Position numbers and translations under genes: made by a program | Part shown: in pieces, positions 63,830 to 64,000 of the stretch | Layout: the number at the start of each line of letters is the position of its first letter | Numbering within the stretch: position 1 is the first letter of the stretch | The notes under the pieces: model-generated | Databases searched by the model: none | What the model was told of the DNA's origin: nothing | Seen by the model: the letters and a program-made list of their open reading frames with translations, nothing else | From: Leucoraja erinacea | Taxonomy: Eukaryota | Direction of reading: 5' to 3' | Length of the DNA stretch: 64,000 nucleotides | Assembly: GCF_028641065.1 (NCBI RefSeq) | Contig: NC_073389.1 | Span: forward strand, 43,276,001 to 43,340,000

Positions 63830-64000
63830 AGATCGACACAAAAAGCTGGAGTAACTCAGCGAGACAGACAGCATCTCTGGAGACGCTTCTTCTCGATCCA
63901 AAACGTCACCTATTCCTTTCCTCCAGAGATGCTGTTTGACCCGCTGAGTTAATCCAGAATTTTGTGTCTATCTTCGGTTTAAACCAGCATCTGCTGTTCC
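63830..64000. mobile_element. Penelope-type fold-back element (runs to the window end)
   Basis: GCTGGAGTAACTCAGC...AAAACGTCACCTATTCC...CCGCTGAGTT...AAACCAGCATCTGC. Confidence 0.7.

Overview
Vertebrate genomic DNA, most likely a cartilaginous fish (skate/ray-like; inferred from HE1/V-SINE, HER1/CR1 and Rex1-type repeats). The only supported protein-coding gene is an intronless Olig-family bHLH gene on the minus strand (AUG 34626, stop 33976), best called olig1. It has a CCAAT/TATA-like promoter, a poly(A) signal, a broad CpG-retaining domain and several repeat-free, motif-dense candidate enhancers. The rest is fragmented TEs: CR1, Rex1/Babar, RTE, L1/Tx1, Penelope, V-SINEs, a Harbinger MITE and a complete non-autonomous Helitron. 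The most interesting signal is two kinds of ribozyme-bearing short retroelements. (1) 135-175 nt TSD-flanked elements begin exactly with a minimal HDV/CPEB3-like ribozyme fold and end in (AAG)n (24114, 3352 and 42876; two families). (2) About 25 Penelope-type elements carry a minimal hammerhead core, as fold-backs and one head-to-tail tandem. Everything was read by eye: no searches or folding programs were run, and repeat boundaries are approximate.
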